64,000 nucleotides of DNA, from the NCBI GenBank assembly GCA_963847595.1, contig CAWKAJ010000003.1, positions 36,979 to 100,978 on the forward strand. The letters run 5' to 3'. Below the pieces are notes generated by a model that saw nothing but the letters and a program-made list of their open reading frames with translations, searched no databases and had not been told where the DNA came from. The translations under genes were made by a program, and so were the position numbers. Below are positions 25,606-36,402 of the stretch, piece by piece (the stretch's first letter is position 1; each line of letters opens with the position of its first letter). Source of the DNA: an uncultured Chloroflexia bacterium. Lineage in GTDB: Bacteria > Chloroflexota > Dehalococcoidia > SZUA-161.

Positions 25606-25659
25606 GTAGGGGGCAATTCATGAATTGCCCCTACGGCGTGCAGTCCGCCAGAGGCGGTC
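25606..25659. repeat. GTAG-type REP composite, copy of 13606-13657
   Basis: Sequence match. Confidence 0.85.
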
Positions 25660-25817
25660 TCCTCGCAATGACATTGAATTCCTCATTGAGCCAATTCAAC
25701 CATTGGCGAAAATGTGATAACTTTTTAACCTTTCCTTCCATCATTTTATGACTTCGTTATCCCGTATGTTTATCATGGTATCTGATACCATAAAATTGGG
25801 CCAAAGGAGGTTGAATC

Positions 25818-26366
25818 ATGCACGACATGACAGCGGCCAATCTTCGCAACGCTTATGGCGGTGAGTCTATGGCGCACATGCGCTACAGGACCTGGGGCGA
25901 CAAGGCAGAGCAGGATGGCTACCCCAACACCGCTCGCATGTTCAGAGCGATCCACTTTGCCGAACAGATTCACGCCAACAATCACTTCAGGGAGTTGAAG
26001 GATATGGTAGGCGGCTTTGGTTGCAACTCCGGGGCCATCTTTGGCCTGGGTAGCACATCGCAAAATCTCCAGGGGGGCATCGACGGCGAGACTTTTGAAA
26101 TCAATGAGATGTATCCCACCTATCTGGAGACGGCAAAGTTCCAGGGCGAGAAGGACGCCCAGCAAAGCTTTTTCTATGCCCTCTCCGCTGAGAAGACCCA
26201 CGCCGCCTTCTTCCAGAAAGCGAAGGCGTCCGTTGATTCGGGCAAGGATGTGAAGCTGGGGCCCATGCAGATATGCACCGTCTGCGGCTACACTTTAGAG
26301 GGCGATGCCCCTGACAAGTGCCCTATCTGCGGATCTAAGAAGGAAAAATTCCGGACGTTTGCTTAA
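25818..26366 (+). CDS. rbr: rubrerythrin
   Basis: GES, ExxH twice, C-terminal CxxC...CxxC. Confidence 0.93.
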   Translation: MHDMTAANLRNAYGGESMAHMRYRTWGDKAEQDGYPNTARMFRAIHFAEQIHANNHFRELKDMVGGFGCNSGAIFGLGSTSQNLQGGIDGETFEINEMYPTYLETAKFQGEKDAQQSFFYALSAEKTHAAFFQKAKASVDSGKDVKLGPMQICTVCGYTLEGDAPDKCPICGSKKEKFRTFA

Positions 26367-26404
26367 TCCTGAGCGCCGGGTACATTCAAGAGGAAAGAGG
26401 ACAA

Positions 26405-26707
26405 ATGAAACTTGAGAAGTATGCCAAGAAGGTGCCGGGCAAGAGGAAGGGAGATATACTATTGTTCGCGCTGAGCACCTGCGGATGGTGCCGGAAGACG
26501 AAGAATCTGCTTGATAGCCTGGGCGTGGGCTATAGATACATAGATGTCGACTTGTTGGATGGCGAGGCCAAGAAGGAAGTGGTAGCAGAGCTTGACCGCT
26601 GGGACCCGGGCCATTCCTTCCCGTGTGTGGTGATAGACGACGACAAGTGCATAGTGGGCTTCCAGGAGGACAAAATCAGGCAGGCGGTAAGCGGTGGAAA
26701 AAACTGA
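26405..26707 (+). CDS. glutaredoxin (NrdH-like)
   Basis: LSTCGWC, SFP and VGF motifs. Confidence 0.9.
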   Translation: MKLEKYAKKVPGKRKGDILLFALSTCGWCRKTKNLLDSLGVGYRYIDVDLLDGEAKKEVVAELDRWDPGHSFPCVVIDDDKCIVGFQEDKIRQAVSGGKN

Positions 26708-27350
26708 GGTCAGCGATAAGGCAGTAGATGCCCTGTACCAGAGGCTGAATAGGGAGGCGGAGGAAGGCGGTTATCACCTGAATCCCGAGGTGAGCTTCAC
26801 CAAGGACCTGGTCAGAAGCCTGCTGATTAACGAGAAGCGGTACGGCTACTGGGCGTGTCCCTGTCGGCTTGCTTCAAGTGTAAAGGAAGACGATCTTGAC
26901 ATAATATGCCCCTGCGACTACAGGGACGCCGATGTTGTAGAGTACGGGTCATGCTACTGCGCGCTGTATGTGTCCACAGAGATACTAGAGGGCAAAAAGG
27001 TGGCTGGCTCGATACCCGAGCGCAGGCCCCCTGAGCAGGAGAGGAAAAGGCTGAAAGAGGAAGCCGCGAAGCCAAAAGCCCGGGGAGCTGCACAGCCTGC
27101 CTCGTTGCCGGTATGGCGCTGCAAGGTATGCGGTTACCTGTGCGCCAGGGACGGGCCGCCTGAGATTTGCCCTGTTTGTAAGGCGAAAAAGGACAGGTTC
27201 GAGAAATTCATCGACACGGGAGCCGCATTTTCTGTTCCGCTGCCCGTGTGGCGCTGCAAGGTGTGCGGTTACCTGTGCGCCCGAAACGAGCCGCCTGAGC
27301 TCTGTCCTGTGTGCAAGGCCAAGAAGGACAGGTTCGAAAAATTCATGTAG
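26694..27350 (+). CDS. ferredoxin:thioredoxin reductase catalytic domain fused to two rubredoxin-like domains
   Basis: CPC...CPC...CYC, then two copies of WRCKVCGY...CPVC. Confidence 0.9.
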   Translation: MEKTEVSDKAVDALYQRLNREAEEGGYHLNPEVSFTKDLVRSLLINEKRYGYWACPCRLASSVKEDDLDIICPCDYRDADVVEYGSCYCALYVSTEILEGKKVAGSIPERRPPEQERKRLKEEAAKPKARGAAQPASLPVWRCKVCGYLCARDGPPEICPVCKAKKDRFEKFIDTGAAFSVPLPVWRCKVCGYLCARNEPPELCPVCKAKKDRFEKFM

Positions 27351-27534
27351 AGAGCTTCTCCCCACCAAAGTGCCTGCTTTGAATATCCGCTGAACGGAAG
27401 AACGCTCGCTTCGGATTTCTGTTTTTTGTCTAAAAGTCCTATTGTCTTGAGTACGAAATTACCATTGTCGCTCAACGCTATTTACATTAAGCTCATATAC
27501 GAAAAGGAGTAGAGTCTGCGGGGATAATGTAGTT

Positions 27535-28566
27535 ATGTCTACGACAAATGATCGAGTTAAGAAGAGCAAGGCACTGGAATTAGTTCCGGCCAGGGATGGC
27601 CAGGATGGCGAGTTGATGGCTTTCATCGACAGCCTCATAGAGCAGAATGCCGAGCTTGCCGGAAAACTCGAGAGTATAGATTCCCTGATGGAACTTGCAG
27701 AGAAGACTGTAATCGAAGCTGGCAAGGAAGCCGAGGGAATCAGGGCAGAGGCTGAAAGGGAAGCAAGCGCCAGGTCTGCCGCTATCGTGGCCAGGGCCGT
27801 AGAGAAGGCTAAGGCTGCGGCGCAAAAAGTTGTTGCCAGGGCTAAAGAGAAGGCGGAGGCAGAAGGCCAGAAAATCATCGCTGAAGCCCATCAAAAAGCC
27901 GAACAGCAGGCTCAAGAGATAACGAAGGCGGCGGAGGAGGAAGGCTCCCAAATTATAGCTGAAGCGCGGGAGAAAGCTGAGGAAGAGGCGCTGCTGATTA
28001 AAAAAGAGGCCGAGCAACTCCTGGCATCAAGCAAAAAAGTGGAGGAGTGCCCGGCGGTAAAGAATCCCTGGGATGTTCCTGACGAAATATTCTGGCAATA
28101 TCAGGTCGTCCAGAAAACAAAGGCCATATCGATGAAAAAGGAGGAGGTACCTCCTGAGCCACCGGTGCCCAATGCTGCTGTATCCGTAGCACCGGCCGAA
28201 AAACCTGTAGAGCAGCCCTCACTCAGTAAGGAGGAAGGGGACAAGAAGGAGAGCCCCGCCTCATACGATGATACTGTAGAATTGGCGCTTCCGCCTCCCG
28301 TGGCGCTGGATCGAATACTCCAACTGCATAAGCACTTAAAGAAGGATTCCCGGGTCAAAGTTGTTGCCCTGAGCGGTTCCCTGGATAAAGGCGTGAGGAT
28401 TAAACTGCTGGTGCAGTCTCATACCCCGCTTCTAAGTATGCTCGCAGCTCTGCCCGAAGTGGAGAAAGTGACCGACGAACTCATTGAGGCCGGGAAGACA
28501 TCCTCTGCTCATCGCAAGGGAAACGGAGCGCGTCCCAGGACCATAGCCGTAACCATGAAAAAGTAG
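27535..28566 (+). CDS. DivIVA-like Ala/Glu/Lys coiled-coil protein with an unnamed C-terminal domain
   Basis: Repeated II-x-EA-xx-KAE heptads and a Pro-rich linker. The C-terminal ~100 aa are homologous to the C-terminus of 44052..45125. Confidence 0.75.
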   Translation: MSTTNDRVKKSKALELVPARDGQDGELMAFIDSLIEQNAELAGKLESIDSLMELAEKTVIEAGKEAEGIRAEAEREASARSAAIVARAVEKAKAAAQKVVARAKEKAEAEGQKIIAEAHQKAEQQAQEITKAAEEEGSQIIAEAREKAEEEALLIKKEAEQLLASSKKVEECPAVKNPWDVPDEIFWQYQVVQKTKAISMKKEEVPPEPPVPNAAVSVAPAEKPVEQPSLSKEEGDKKESPASYDDTVELALPPPVALDRILQLHKHLKKDSRVKVVALSGSLDKGVRIKLLVQSHTPLLSMLAALPEVEKVTDELIEAGKTSSAHRKGNGARPRTIAVTMKK

Positions 28567-28617
28567 ACTGCTGACTCCCCTTTCTACTCAAACGTCCCCG
28601 CAGCTTCTCAAATTGTC

Positions 28618-29661
28618 TCAGTGCAAGGTAGCCTTCATCCAGTCTACAATCTGCTTGACCACATCTGCGGAGATAGGCCCTCGGTCCTGATAGTAAAGGT
28701 CTAGGCTCGGCTGGCCTGGGGTTGGCCTGAACATATGGTCGAGATTGGGGAAGTTTACCAGCTTCACCCTTTTATCCCCGCCTTCCTGAAAGGCTTGCTT
28801 CAGCATTTGCGATTCCTGCGGTATTACTGTGAACAGGTCTTTGTCTCCTTGTAGAATAAGGGCAGGACATTTGACTTCTTTGGCGTAATCGGCGCCGGAT
28901 ACATCCATAATCGCTTTCAAGAACTCAAGCTGGGAACGCACGGGCTCGGGGTACGACTCGGGGTCCAGCCCGCCTGAACGAAGCTGCCCATAAACTGCAT
29001 TCTGCCGTTGAACCGTGTCAGCAATCTCAGTATCGTTTGCTCCCTGGAGCTTCAGCAGCCCTTCGATCTGCTCAATTAGCACTTCGCTCATGGGCTTGGC
29101 TGGCGTGGCCATAAGGCATATGGTGGCGATATCATCATTTCCGGCTGCTTCCATGAGAGCCCACAGGCCGCCGAGGCTGTGGCCGATAAGCGCGATGCGT
29201 TTTGGGTCAACCAAGGGATTGGCCTGGAGAAAAGCGACCGCCGCCTTCAGGTCTCGCAGCGATGGTTCAGGGAAATCGCCACCGTCTCCGGTGCTGTTCC
29301 CGATGCCTCGTTTATCGTAGCGCAGAGTGACAAAGCCCTCTCGGGAAAGAGCCTGCGCTATGTCCTTGTAGGTGGAGCTCAGCGCTATGACAGGTTGCCC
29401 CGTCTCGTTAGCCGCTGCTACCACCCTGGCATCTTCATCTCCATTGCGGTCAAACGGGCCGCTGCCGGCGAGTATTATTACAGCAGGGAAGGGCCCCTTC
29501 CCGTCGGGGATGGCAATGGTGCCCGCAAGCTGGGAGTCCGCGGTCTGGAAAGTCACCTCGGTTTCAGTGAATGTGCCGGGGACTTTAGGCCCGCACCCGC
29601 CCAGCAAGACCAGTGCCAGCAGCACACAAAGTAGAGGAGAGGCTATCCTGATGAATTTCAT
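28618..29661 (-). CDS. alpha/beta hydrolase lipoprotein
   Basis: Lipobox LLGGC, GSGP-DR, YDKRG, nucleophile GHSLG, GDKD, DH. Confidence 0.88.
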   Translation of the reverse strand: MKFIRIASPLLCVLLALVLLGGCGPKVPGTFTETEVTFQTADSQLAGTIAIPDGKGPFPAVIILAGSGPFDRNGDEDARVVAAANETGQPVIALSSTYKDIAQALSREGFVTLRYDKRGIGNSTGDGGDFPEPSLRDLKAAVAFLQANPLVDPKRIALIGHSLGGLWALMEAAGNDDIATICLMATPAKPMSEVLIEQIEGLLKLQGANDTEIADTVQRQNAVYGQLRSGGLDPESYPEPVRSQLEFLKAIMDVSGADYAKEVKCPALILQGDKDLFTVIPQESQMLKQAFQEGGDKRVKLVNFPNLDHMFRPTPGQPSLDLYYQDRGPISADVVKQIVDWMKATLH

Positions 29662-29713
29662 GTAAGTGTCCTTTCCTCCTCTATTCCTTTCCCATAGTTG
29701 GTGAAGAGGATTA

Positions 29714-31123
29714 TCACCGGGTTCTTTTCCTGAACTCGGAGTAATCGGCAAGCCTGGATAGAGCCCTCACGGCATCATCGGGAATGGAGAAGACCGCAGC
29801 TCTGCCCGCATCCTCCAATACGTCCTGCAGGTCTCGGGAATGGATATCGAACAGCCAGCCATCGTAGGGGCACCAGGCGATGGGTTTATCCGGGAAGGCA
29901 TCCGCCGTCTCTTTCATAACATCGGTGATGAGCGGCTTGAAGCCTTGAAACCAGGCGCCGGCAAATACGACGATGGCATCTATGCGCGGATCTCTGAGCA
30001 CCTCGGTCATCGCTGCTCTTAAGGTCTCTCCGAAGGGGCGGGTCGAGTTAATGACGAGCGGCCATATATCCAAGGGGTTGCCTGCCCTGTACCAGGTCGG
30101 CGACATGGCATTCAGCCTCCGTTTGGTCTCCGGCGTGAGCTCCGCTACCTCGAGCTTGTGCTTGGCGCAGGCGTCCAGAGTCATAATCCCGATGCCCCCG
30201 CTTGCGGTGACCGCGCCGATCCTTCTGCCTTTCATCGGAGGCAGATAGCTGAAGGCACGCACCAGGTCCGCCAGGTCATCGATATCGTCAGCCCGGATTA
30301 TGCCGCTCTGCTTGAACACGGCATCCCAGACCTCGTCCTTGCCCACCAGGGAGCCGGTATGTGATTGTGCTGCTTTAGCCGACCTCTCGCTCCTCCCCGT
30401 CTTCAAAGCCAGAACGGGCTTTTTCTTAACTACACGCCGCGCTGCCTCCCGAAACCTCTGGCCGTCTCCCCTTATGCCTTCTATGTGCAGCACGATGACC
30501 TTCACCTGAGGGTCATCGGCGAAGTATTCCATAGCTTCGGCAACGTCTATGTCGCAGGAGTTGCCCAGGTCCAGCCCTTTGCCCAGCAGCCTCAACCTGC
30601 CCACGGTGCCGAAGAATAAGCCGGATTGGCAGACCACACCCACGGGCAGCTTCCGTATGTCGGTCTGCTTCAGAAAAGAGGTGGTGAAGTCGATGAAAGC
30701 GTTCGCCGAACCTACGGTATTAGGCCCCAAAATCCGCACCCCGCTCTTGCGAGCAGTTTCAATTAACTCCTGCTGCAGCCTCTTGCCTTCATCGTCGGCA
30801 GCGTCAGCGAAACCCTGCCCTACCACTATCGCTGCTTTGATGCCTTTCTCTCCGCACTGTCTTACAATCTGGGGGACCACCTTGCGCGGGGTCACTACTA
30901 TGGCGAGGTCGACATCTCCCGGGATTTCTTTCACCGAAGAATAACATTTCTGGCCCAGGATTTCGGTATAGTTCGGGTTGACGGGATAGACCTTGCCCCG
31001 GTAACCGCAGTTGGCGAGGTTTTCCACTACGTTGAAGGCTTTCTCGCCTGAGTTCGGGTTAGCTCCCACAACAGCTATAGACCCGGGTTCGAGGAAGGGC
31101 TTAAGTTGAGAGACAGAACTCAT
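29714..31123 (-). CDS. acyl-CoA ligase (ADP-forming) alpha-subunit family, second paralog
   Basis: GPNTVG, QSG, LGN, SHTGSL and NPLD motifs. Confidence 0.88.
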   Translation of the reverse strand: MSSVSQLKPFLEPGSIAVVGANPNSGEKAFNVVENLANCGYRGKVYPVNPNYTEILGQKCYSSVKEIPGDVDLAIVVTPRKVVPQIVRQCGEKGIKAAIVVGQGFADAADDEGKRLQQELIETARKSGVRILGPNTVGSANAFIDFTTSFLKQTDIRKLPVGVVCQSGLFFGTVGRLRLLGKGLDLGNSCDIDVAEAMEYFADDPQVKVIVLHIEGIRGDGQRFREAARRVVKKKPVLALKTGRSERSAKAAQSHTGSLVGKDEVWDAVFKQSGIIRADDIDDLADLVRAFSYLPPMKGRRIGAVTASGGIGIMTLDACAKHKLEVAELTPETKRRLNAMSPTWYRAGNPLDIWPLVINSTRPFGETLRAAMTEVLRDPRIDAIVVFAGAWFQGFKPLITDVMKETADAFPDKPIAWCPYDGWLFDIHSRDLQDVLEDAGRAAVFSIPDDAVRALSRLADYSEFRKRTR

Positions 31124-31358
31124 CAGATTTTGTCTATACGATTCAACGGATTGGCTTTGCTCAGCAATTCGTTTTCTATTTTAGGCTTATCAGTGCTCAA
31201 AGTCCAGACACATGCGGATTACAAAACTTAGTACTCCCACTCGGGGATTTAGGTGGTTGAAAAGATGTTTGTAAACATCCTCTAATAATATGCTATACTA
31301 CTAGGCAAGCTGGGTACATCCTTGGTCTCCACGGCTATCTATCGATACGGAGGTAATA

Positions 31359-33791
31359 ATGGCCAGGAAGCTGACTGCCAGAGAGGTGAGAAGAGTCTGT
31401 AACCCGAATACCCTGGGCTTTGAGAGCACGGAGGGCTTAAAGCCTGTGCAGACTATCATCGGGCAAAGCCGCGCCCTTCAGGCCCTTCAGTTTGGCCTCG
31501 GTATACAGAATTCGGGTTTCAATATCTACGCTGCAGGTTTGCCGGGCACAGGGAAAAGCACGGCCATCGTCGCCTTCCTCGAAGCTGTGGCTCGTGAGAA
31601 GGATGTCCCCCCGGACTGGTGCTATGTCCACAACTTCAAGGACTCCTATACGCCGAAGGCCCTCAGGCTAAAGGCTGGCATGGGGAGCCAGTTCCAGAAA
31701 GATATGAAGAAGTTCATCGAGACTGCTCAGACTGAGATACGGAAGGCATTTGAAAGCGAGGACTATATTAAGCGGCGGGATGCCATCGCTCACACTTTCA
31801 ATGAAAAAAGAGAGGCAATCTTCAACCAGCTCAACCAGATGGCCCATGACAAGGGTTTTGCCATTCAGACATCAGCTATGGGCGTGATACTTATACCTAT
31901 CATCGAGGGCAAGCCTCTCTCCGAGCAGGATATGTTGGCCCTCAATCCCAAAGAGAAGGAGAGGTTAGGCAAGCTGCGCGAGGAAGTCCAGGAGCAGATC
32001 AAGGATGCCATGTCCCAGATGAGAAATTGGGACCGGGAGGGTAGTGAGCAGGTCGAGAAAATGGACGAGGATGTGGTGAAGTTTGTCGTGGGAGCGCCCA
32101 TAGAGGACTTGACTAAGAAATATGGTCAGGACAACACCGATGTAGCCGAATACCTGAAGGCGGTGCAGCAAGATATCGTCGAGAACAAGGCCGTCTTCCG
32201 CGCACCGCCCGAGGCAGACGCAGTCAATCCTTTCGCCAGGCTGGCAGCAGCGCAGTCCTTCAGGAAATACGAGGTGAATGTGCTGGTTGACAACTCGGGC
32301 CTGAAAGGAGCACCGGTCGTCATAGAGACCAACCCTACCTTCAATAATTTGATGGGGCGTCTTGAGAAAGAGGCATACTTCGGCGCTATCTCAGGCGATT
32401 TCACTATGATCCGCCCCGGCTCCCTGCACAAGGCTAACGGCGGCTATCTGGTGGTCAGGATAGATGATATACTGCGTAACCTCATGTCGTGGGACAGCCT
32501 AAAGCGTTCCCTCAGAGAGAAAAAGATCATCATAGAGGACCTGGCCGAGCGCTTCGGATTCATCAGCATGAAAAGCATATTGCCCGAGCCCATACCCCTG
32601 AGTATTAAGGTGGTGGTCATCGGCGAAAATCTGTATTACCAATTGCTCTACAGCCTCGACCGCGAGTTCCCCGAGCTTTTCAAAGTCAAGGCCGATTTCG
32701 ATAGCCGGATGGACCTGAATGCCGAGAACCTGAAACAGTACAATAGCACGCTCTGTGCCGTCTGCGGCAAGGAGAGCCTCCGCCACATGGATAATAAGGC
32801 TGTAGCCAAAATCATCGAGCACAGCTCCCGTCTCGCCGAGGACCAGAAGAAGCTATCCACAAGGTTCGCGGAGATAGCCGATATCATCAGAGAGGCCAGC
32901 TACTGGGCAGGTGCGGAAGGCGAGAGGCTGATTGGCGGCGCTCATATCTCCAAGGCGATTGAGCAGAATGAATATCGCTCGAATCTTATCCATGAACGTA
33001 TCAAGGAGATGATAGAGCGCGGCATTCTGAGGATAGATACGGATGGCAAAGCAGTGGGGCAGGTGAACGGCCTCTCCATAATTGCCCTGGGCGATATCAA
33101 CTTCGGCAGGCCCTGCCGTATCACCGCCAGCATAGCTGCCGGCCGCGAGGGGCTCATGGACATCGAGCGGGAGGCTAAGCTGGGCGGGCCAATTCATACC
33201 AAAGGCGTGCTCATCCTCAGCGGCCTTATGGCGGAACGCTATGCCATCAGTATACCGCTTTCCCTCAATGCCCGCCTCGTTTTCGAGCAGAGCTACGAGG
33301 AAGTGGAGGGAGATAGCGCATCCAGCGCCGAGTTCTATGTGCTTCTGTCCGCCCTGGCGGATGCCCCTATCAAGCAGGGCATTGCTGTTACCGGCTCCAT
33401 CGACCAGAAGGGCGATGTACAGGCCATCGGCGGAGTGAACCAGAAAATCGAGGGCTTCTACGAAGTGTGCAAGGCCAAAGGCCTGACCGGCAAGCAGGGT
33501 GTCATTATCCCTGAGAGCAATGTGGAGAACCTGATGCTCAAGGAAGAGGTGGTGGAGGCCATAAAGAAGGGCAAATTCACAGTGTACAGCGTGAAAAATG
33601 TAGACGAGGGCATAGAGATACTCACCGGCATCAAAGCGGGCAAGCGACTCAAGAGCGGCAAGTTCCAGAAGGACTCAATCAACGGTCGTGTTCAAGAGCG
33701 TCTGGAGCAGCTTGCCAAGGGTATGAAAGAGTTCGAGAAAAAGGAAGAGCCGAAAAAGAAAGACGCAGCAAACAATAACAAGTCATCCTGA
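31359..33791 (+). CDS. Lon-like (LonB/LonC-type) protease, peptidase S16
   Basis: GLPGTGKS, coiled-coil insert, PGSLHKANGG, catalytic GDSAS Ser and GGVNQK Lys. Confidence 0.92.
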   Translation: MARKLTAREVRRVCNPNTLGFESTEGLKPVQTIIGQSRALQALQFGLGIQNSGFNIYAAGLPGTGKSTAIVAFLEAVAREKDVPPDWCYVHNFKDSYTPKALRLKAGMGSQFQKDMKKFIETAQTEIRKAFESEDYIKRRDAIAHTFNEKREAIFNQLNQMAHDKGFAIQTSAMGVILIPIIEGKPLSEQDMLALNPKEKERLGKLREEVQEQIKDAMSQMRNWDREGSEQVEKMDEDVVKFVVGAPIEDLTKKYGQDNTDVAEYLKAVQQDIVENKAVFRAPPEADAVNPFARLAAAQSFRKYEVNVLVDNSGLKGAPVVIETNPTFNNLMGRLEKEAYFGAISGDFTMIRPGSLHKANGGYLVVRIDDILRNLMSWDSLKRSLREKKIIIEDLAERFGFISMKSILPEPIPLSIKVVVIGENLYYQLLYSLDREFPELFKVKADFDSRMDLNAENLKQYNSTLCAVCGKESLRHMDNKAVAKIIEHSSRLAEDQKKLSTRFAEIADIIREASYWAGAEGERLIGGAHISKAIEQNEYRSNLIHERIKEMIERGILRIDTDGKAVGQVNGLSIIALGDINFGRPCRITASIAAGREGLMDIEREAKLGGPIHTKGVLILSGLMAERYAISIPLSLNARLVFEQSYEEVEGDSASSAEFYVLLSALADAPIKQGIAVTGSIDQKGDVQAIGGVNQKIEGFYEVCKAKGLTGKQGVIIPESNVENLMLKEEVVEAIKKGKFTVYSVKNVDEGIEILTGIKAGKRLKSGKFQKDSINGRVQERLEQLAKGMKEFEKKEEPKKKDAANNNKSS

Positions 33792-33917
33792 CAAAGGCGT
33801 TTCCCATTGATTGGGGGATTTGTGGGCGACCCGCTGAGGCGGGTCGCCCACCTTCGTTTTGAGGGGCTCTCTAGGGAACGACCGAAAGCATAACCGCAAG
33901 TCCTCGGACTAAGGGTG

Positions 33918-33968
33918 TTGACAACTGAGCCTCAATGACTTAAAATTATTATGAATAAGGATTCATAA
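33918..33968 (+). promoter_or_regulatory. sigma70 promoter with downstream operator palindrome
   Basis: TTGACA-N17-TAAAAT (33918-33946). TTATGAAT-AAGG-ATTCATAA (33949-33968). Confidence 0.8.
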
Positions 33969-33970
33969 CG

Positions 33971-34465
33971 ATGGCCAGACCAAGAGCATGCAGATGCGTG
34001 GGCTTCCTTCCTGATATAGTTTATTTCAAGCCCAGGGGAATACCTCTCGTTGACTTGGAAGAGGTCTGCCTTCTGGTAGAGGAGTTGGAAGCTCTCCGCT
34101 TGAAGGACGCTGAACGTTTAGGGCAGGAAGAATGCGGCCGCTTGATGAATATTTCTCAGCCAACGTTCCATCGTGTTCTTGAATCTGCGCGGAGGAAGGT
34201 AGCCGAAGCTTTAATCCAGGGCAAGGCTATTCGAATAGAAGGGGGTGATTTTGAAATGGCAGAGCGAAAGTTTTCCTGCCGAAGCTGTGGGCACTCTTGG
34301 GAAGTTCCCTTCTGCACGGGGCAAAGGGGTATAGATATGACCTGCCCTAAGTGTGAGAGCCGCGATATCCACCGCACCGGCCAGGGTGGGTCCGGTCTTG
34401 GGAATAGACAGTGTAGACGACAACGTGGGAAAGCCCAATCGGAACCAGGAGTCGCAGGTAAATAA
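33971..34465 (+). CDS. DUF134 HTH protein with C-terminal zinc ribbon
   Basis: MARP, FKPRG, EELEALRL and SQPTF...ARRKVA motifs, then CxxC...CPxC. Confidence 0.9.
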   Translation: MARPRACRCVGFLPDIVYFKPRGIPLVDLEEVCLLVEELEALRLKDAERLGQEECGRLMNISQPTFHRVLESARRKVAEALIQGKAIRIEGGDFEMAERKFSCRSCGHSWEVPFCTGQRGIDMTCPKCESRDIHRTGQGGSGLGNRQCRRQRGKAQSEPGVAGK

Positions 34466-34476
34466 CAAATAATCTC

Positions 34477-35823
34477 GTGGAGGTGATGATGATGGAGAAG
34501 AAACATGTCGTAATAATAGGCGGTAGCGCCGCTGGAGCTGTGGCGTCCAGGGTTGCCCGCCGGCATCCCATGGTGGGGAAGGTGACTGTAATTCGCAAGG
34601 AGGCCCGGGCGCTCGTCCCCTGCGGCATACCATACATATTCGGCACTCTGGGCAGCGTGGACAAGGATCTTATGCCTGATGCTACGCTGGGTGGCTCGGA
34701 AATTATCGTGGATGAGGTCACTTCGATTGATCGCAAAAACAAAACAGTCAGCACCGCAGGAGCAAAGACTATAGGCTACGATAAACTCTTGTTGTGCACT
34801 GGCTCAAGGCCTGTGATACCGCCTATACCGGGCCTTGAAAAAGCAAACGTCTTTACAGTCTGGAAAGACGCTGATTACCTTCAAAAGCTTATGGAAGCTT
34901 TGAAAGGCGCCAAAAGCGTGGTGGTCATCGGCGGCGGATTCATCGGTGTAGAGTTCGCCGATGAGTGCCGCAAGCGGGGCCTGGAGGTCACCCTGGTAGA
35001 GCTGTTGCCACACTGTCTTCAGTTGGTTTGCGATGACCCGCTATGTATAGACGCTGAAAGTGCTCTTAAGAAGCAGGGAGTGCGGGTAATCACTGGCGAT
35101 GCAGTGCAGTCTATAGCTGGCAACGGCAAGGTGGAGTATGTACACCTTAAGAGTGGAGAACGGGTGAAGGCGGATACCGTGGTGGTGGGCATAGGCGCAG
35201 CACCCAACACAGAACTGGCTCAGAAGGCTGGATTGCAGATGGGGGAAAAGGGCGGCATAAAGGTGGATGAGTATATGAGGACATCCGACCCTGATATATT
35301 CGCTGCCGGCGATTGTGCGGAGAAGTACTCCTTCTTCAATGGCAAACCAGTAGCATTACGTCTTGCTTCCATAGCTACCAGGGAGGCCAAGCTTGCGGTC
35401 ATGAACCTGTTTGAGCCAAAGATAAAGAACACAGGGACTATGGGGGCTTTCTCCACCACAATCGGGGATACAGCCATAGCGGTTGCCGGGCTTACAGAAA
35501 GGGCCGCTCATGAAGAAGGCTTTGACTTCGTAGTTGGAGAGGCTAGCGCAGTGGACAAGCATCCCGGCTCGATGCCCAATGCTAGGGAGGTGAAGGTCAA
35601 ACTCCTCTTTGATAGGAGTTCCAGGAAGATACTGGGCGGGCAAGCGTGCGGAGGACCGACCACTGGTGAAATAGCAAATGTCATAGCAACTCTAATAGCC
35701 GGCGGTATGACTGCTGAACAGGTGGCCACCTTCCAGATTGGCACGCACCCTATTCTCACCGCCTCGCCTATAGTGTATCAGATAACAAACGCTGCTGACC
35801 AGGCTCTGGCTAAGATGTCGTGA
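34477..35823 (+). CDS. FAD-dependent pyridine nucleotide-disulfide oxidoreductase (NADH oxidase / CoA-disulfide reductase-like)
   Basis: GGSAAG, single redox Cys PCGIPY, GGGFIG, AAGD. Confidence 0.9.
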   Translation: MEVMMMEKKHVVIIGGSAAGAVASRVARRHPMVGKVTVIRKEARALVPCGIPYIFGTLGSVDKDLMPDATLGGSEIIVDEVTSIDRKNKTVSTAGAKTIGYDKLLLCTGSRPVIPPIPGLEKANVFTVWKDADYLQKLMEALKGAKSVVVIGGGFIGVEFADECRKRGLEVTLVELLPHCLQLVCDDPLCIDAESALKKQGVRVITGDAVQSIAGNGKVEYVHLKSGERVKADTVVVGIGAAPNTELAQKAGLQMGEKGGIKVDEYMRTSDPDIFAAGDCAEKYSFFNGKPVALRLASIATREAKLAVMNLFEPKIKNTGTMGAFSTTIGDTAIAVAGLTERAAHEEGFDFVVGEASAVDKHPGSMPNAREVKVKLLFDRSSRKILGGQACGGPTTGEIANVIATLIAGGMTAEQVATFQIGTHPILTASPIVYQITNAADQALAKMS

Positions 35824-35921
35824 GGACGATTTTAATTGCTGTTTGCTTGGTCAGATCTTTTGTAAAGGCGGGACGGGCATATGGCATGGAGTTTAACTAA
35901 ACAATTCGAGAGGAGAATAAA

Positions 35922-36320
35922 ATGAAGATAGCTGCTGTATCAGACGATGGCTTGAACATCAGCCAACACTTTGGGAGAGCGCCTTACTACGTGGTGCTTA
36001 CTGTGGAGGAAGGAAAGATTCTGGATAGAGAGAAGAGGCCTAAAACCGGGCATCATGACTTCGCTGCCAGTGAGCATGCTCATATCGCCGTTGGAGGGCG
36101 ACATGGTTGTGATGCCGGCTCCGAGCCTCGGCATGCCAGCATGGCTGAAACCATAGCAGATTGCCAGGTGCTGCTGGCAGGAGGCATGGGCTGGGGCGCC
36201 TATGAGAGCATGAAGAGCCGTAATATCGAGACTATCGTTACAGATGTGGAAAATATAGATAAGGCGGTAGAGCTCTATATAAAGGGTGAATTGCCTAACT
36301 TGGTGGACCGATTGCATTAA
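35922..36320 (+). CDS. NifB/NifX-family (FeMo-cofactor-binding-like) protein
   Basis: SQHFGRA and GGMG motifs, His-rich loop. Confidence 0.88.
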   Translation: MKIAAVSDDGLNISQHFGRAPYYVVLTVEEGKILDREKRPKTGHHDFAASEHAHIAVGGRHGCDAGSEPRHASMAETIADCQVLLAGGMGWGAYESMKSRNIETIVTDVENIDKAVELYIKGELPNLVDRLH

Positions 36321-36402
36321 TGCAGGCGGCGATTCCATTCGCTATAATGATTCGGTGCCGGGCAGACAGAGTTACCGGCATAATTATGCTGGAGGAAAGC
36401 CT

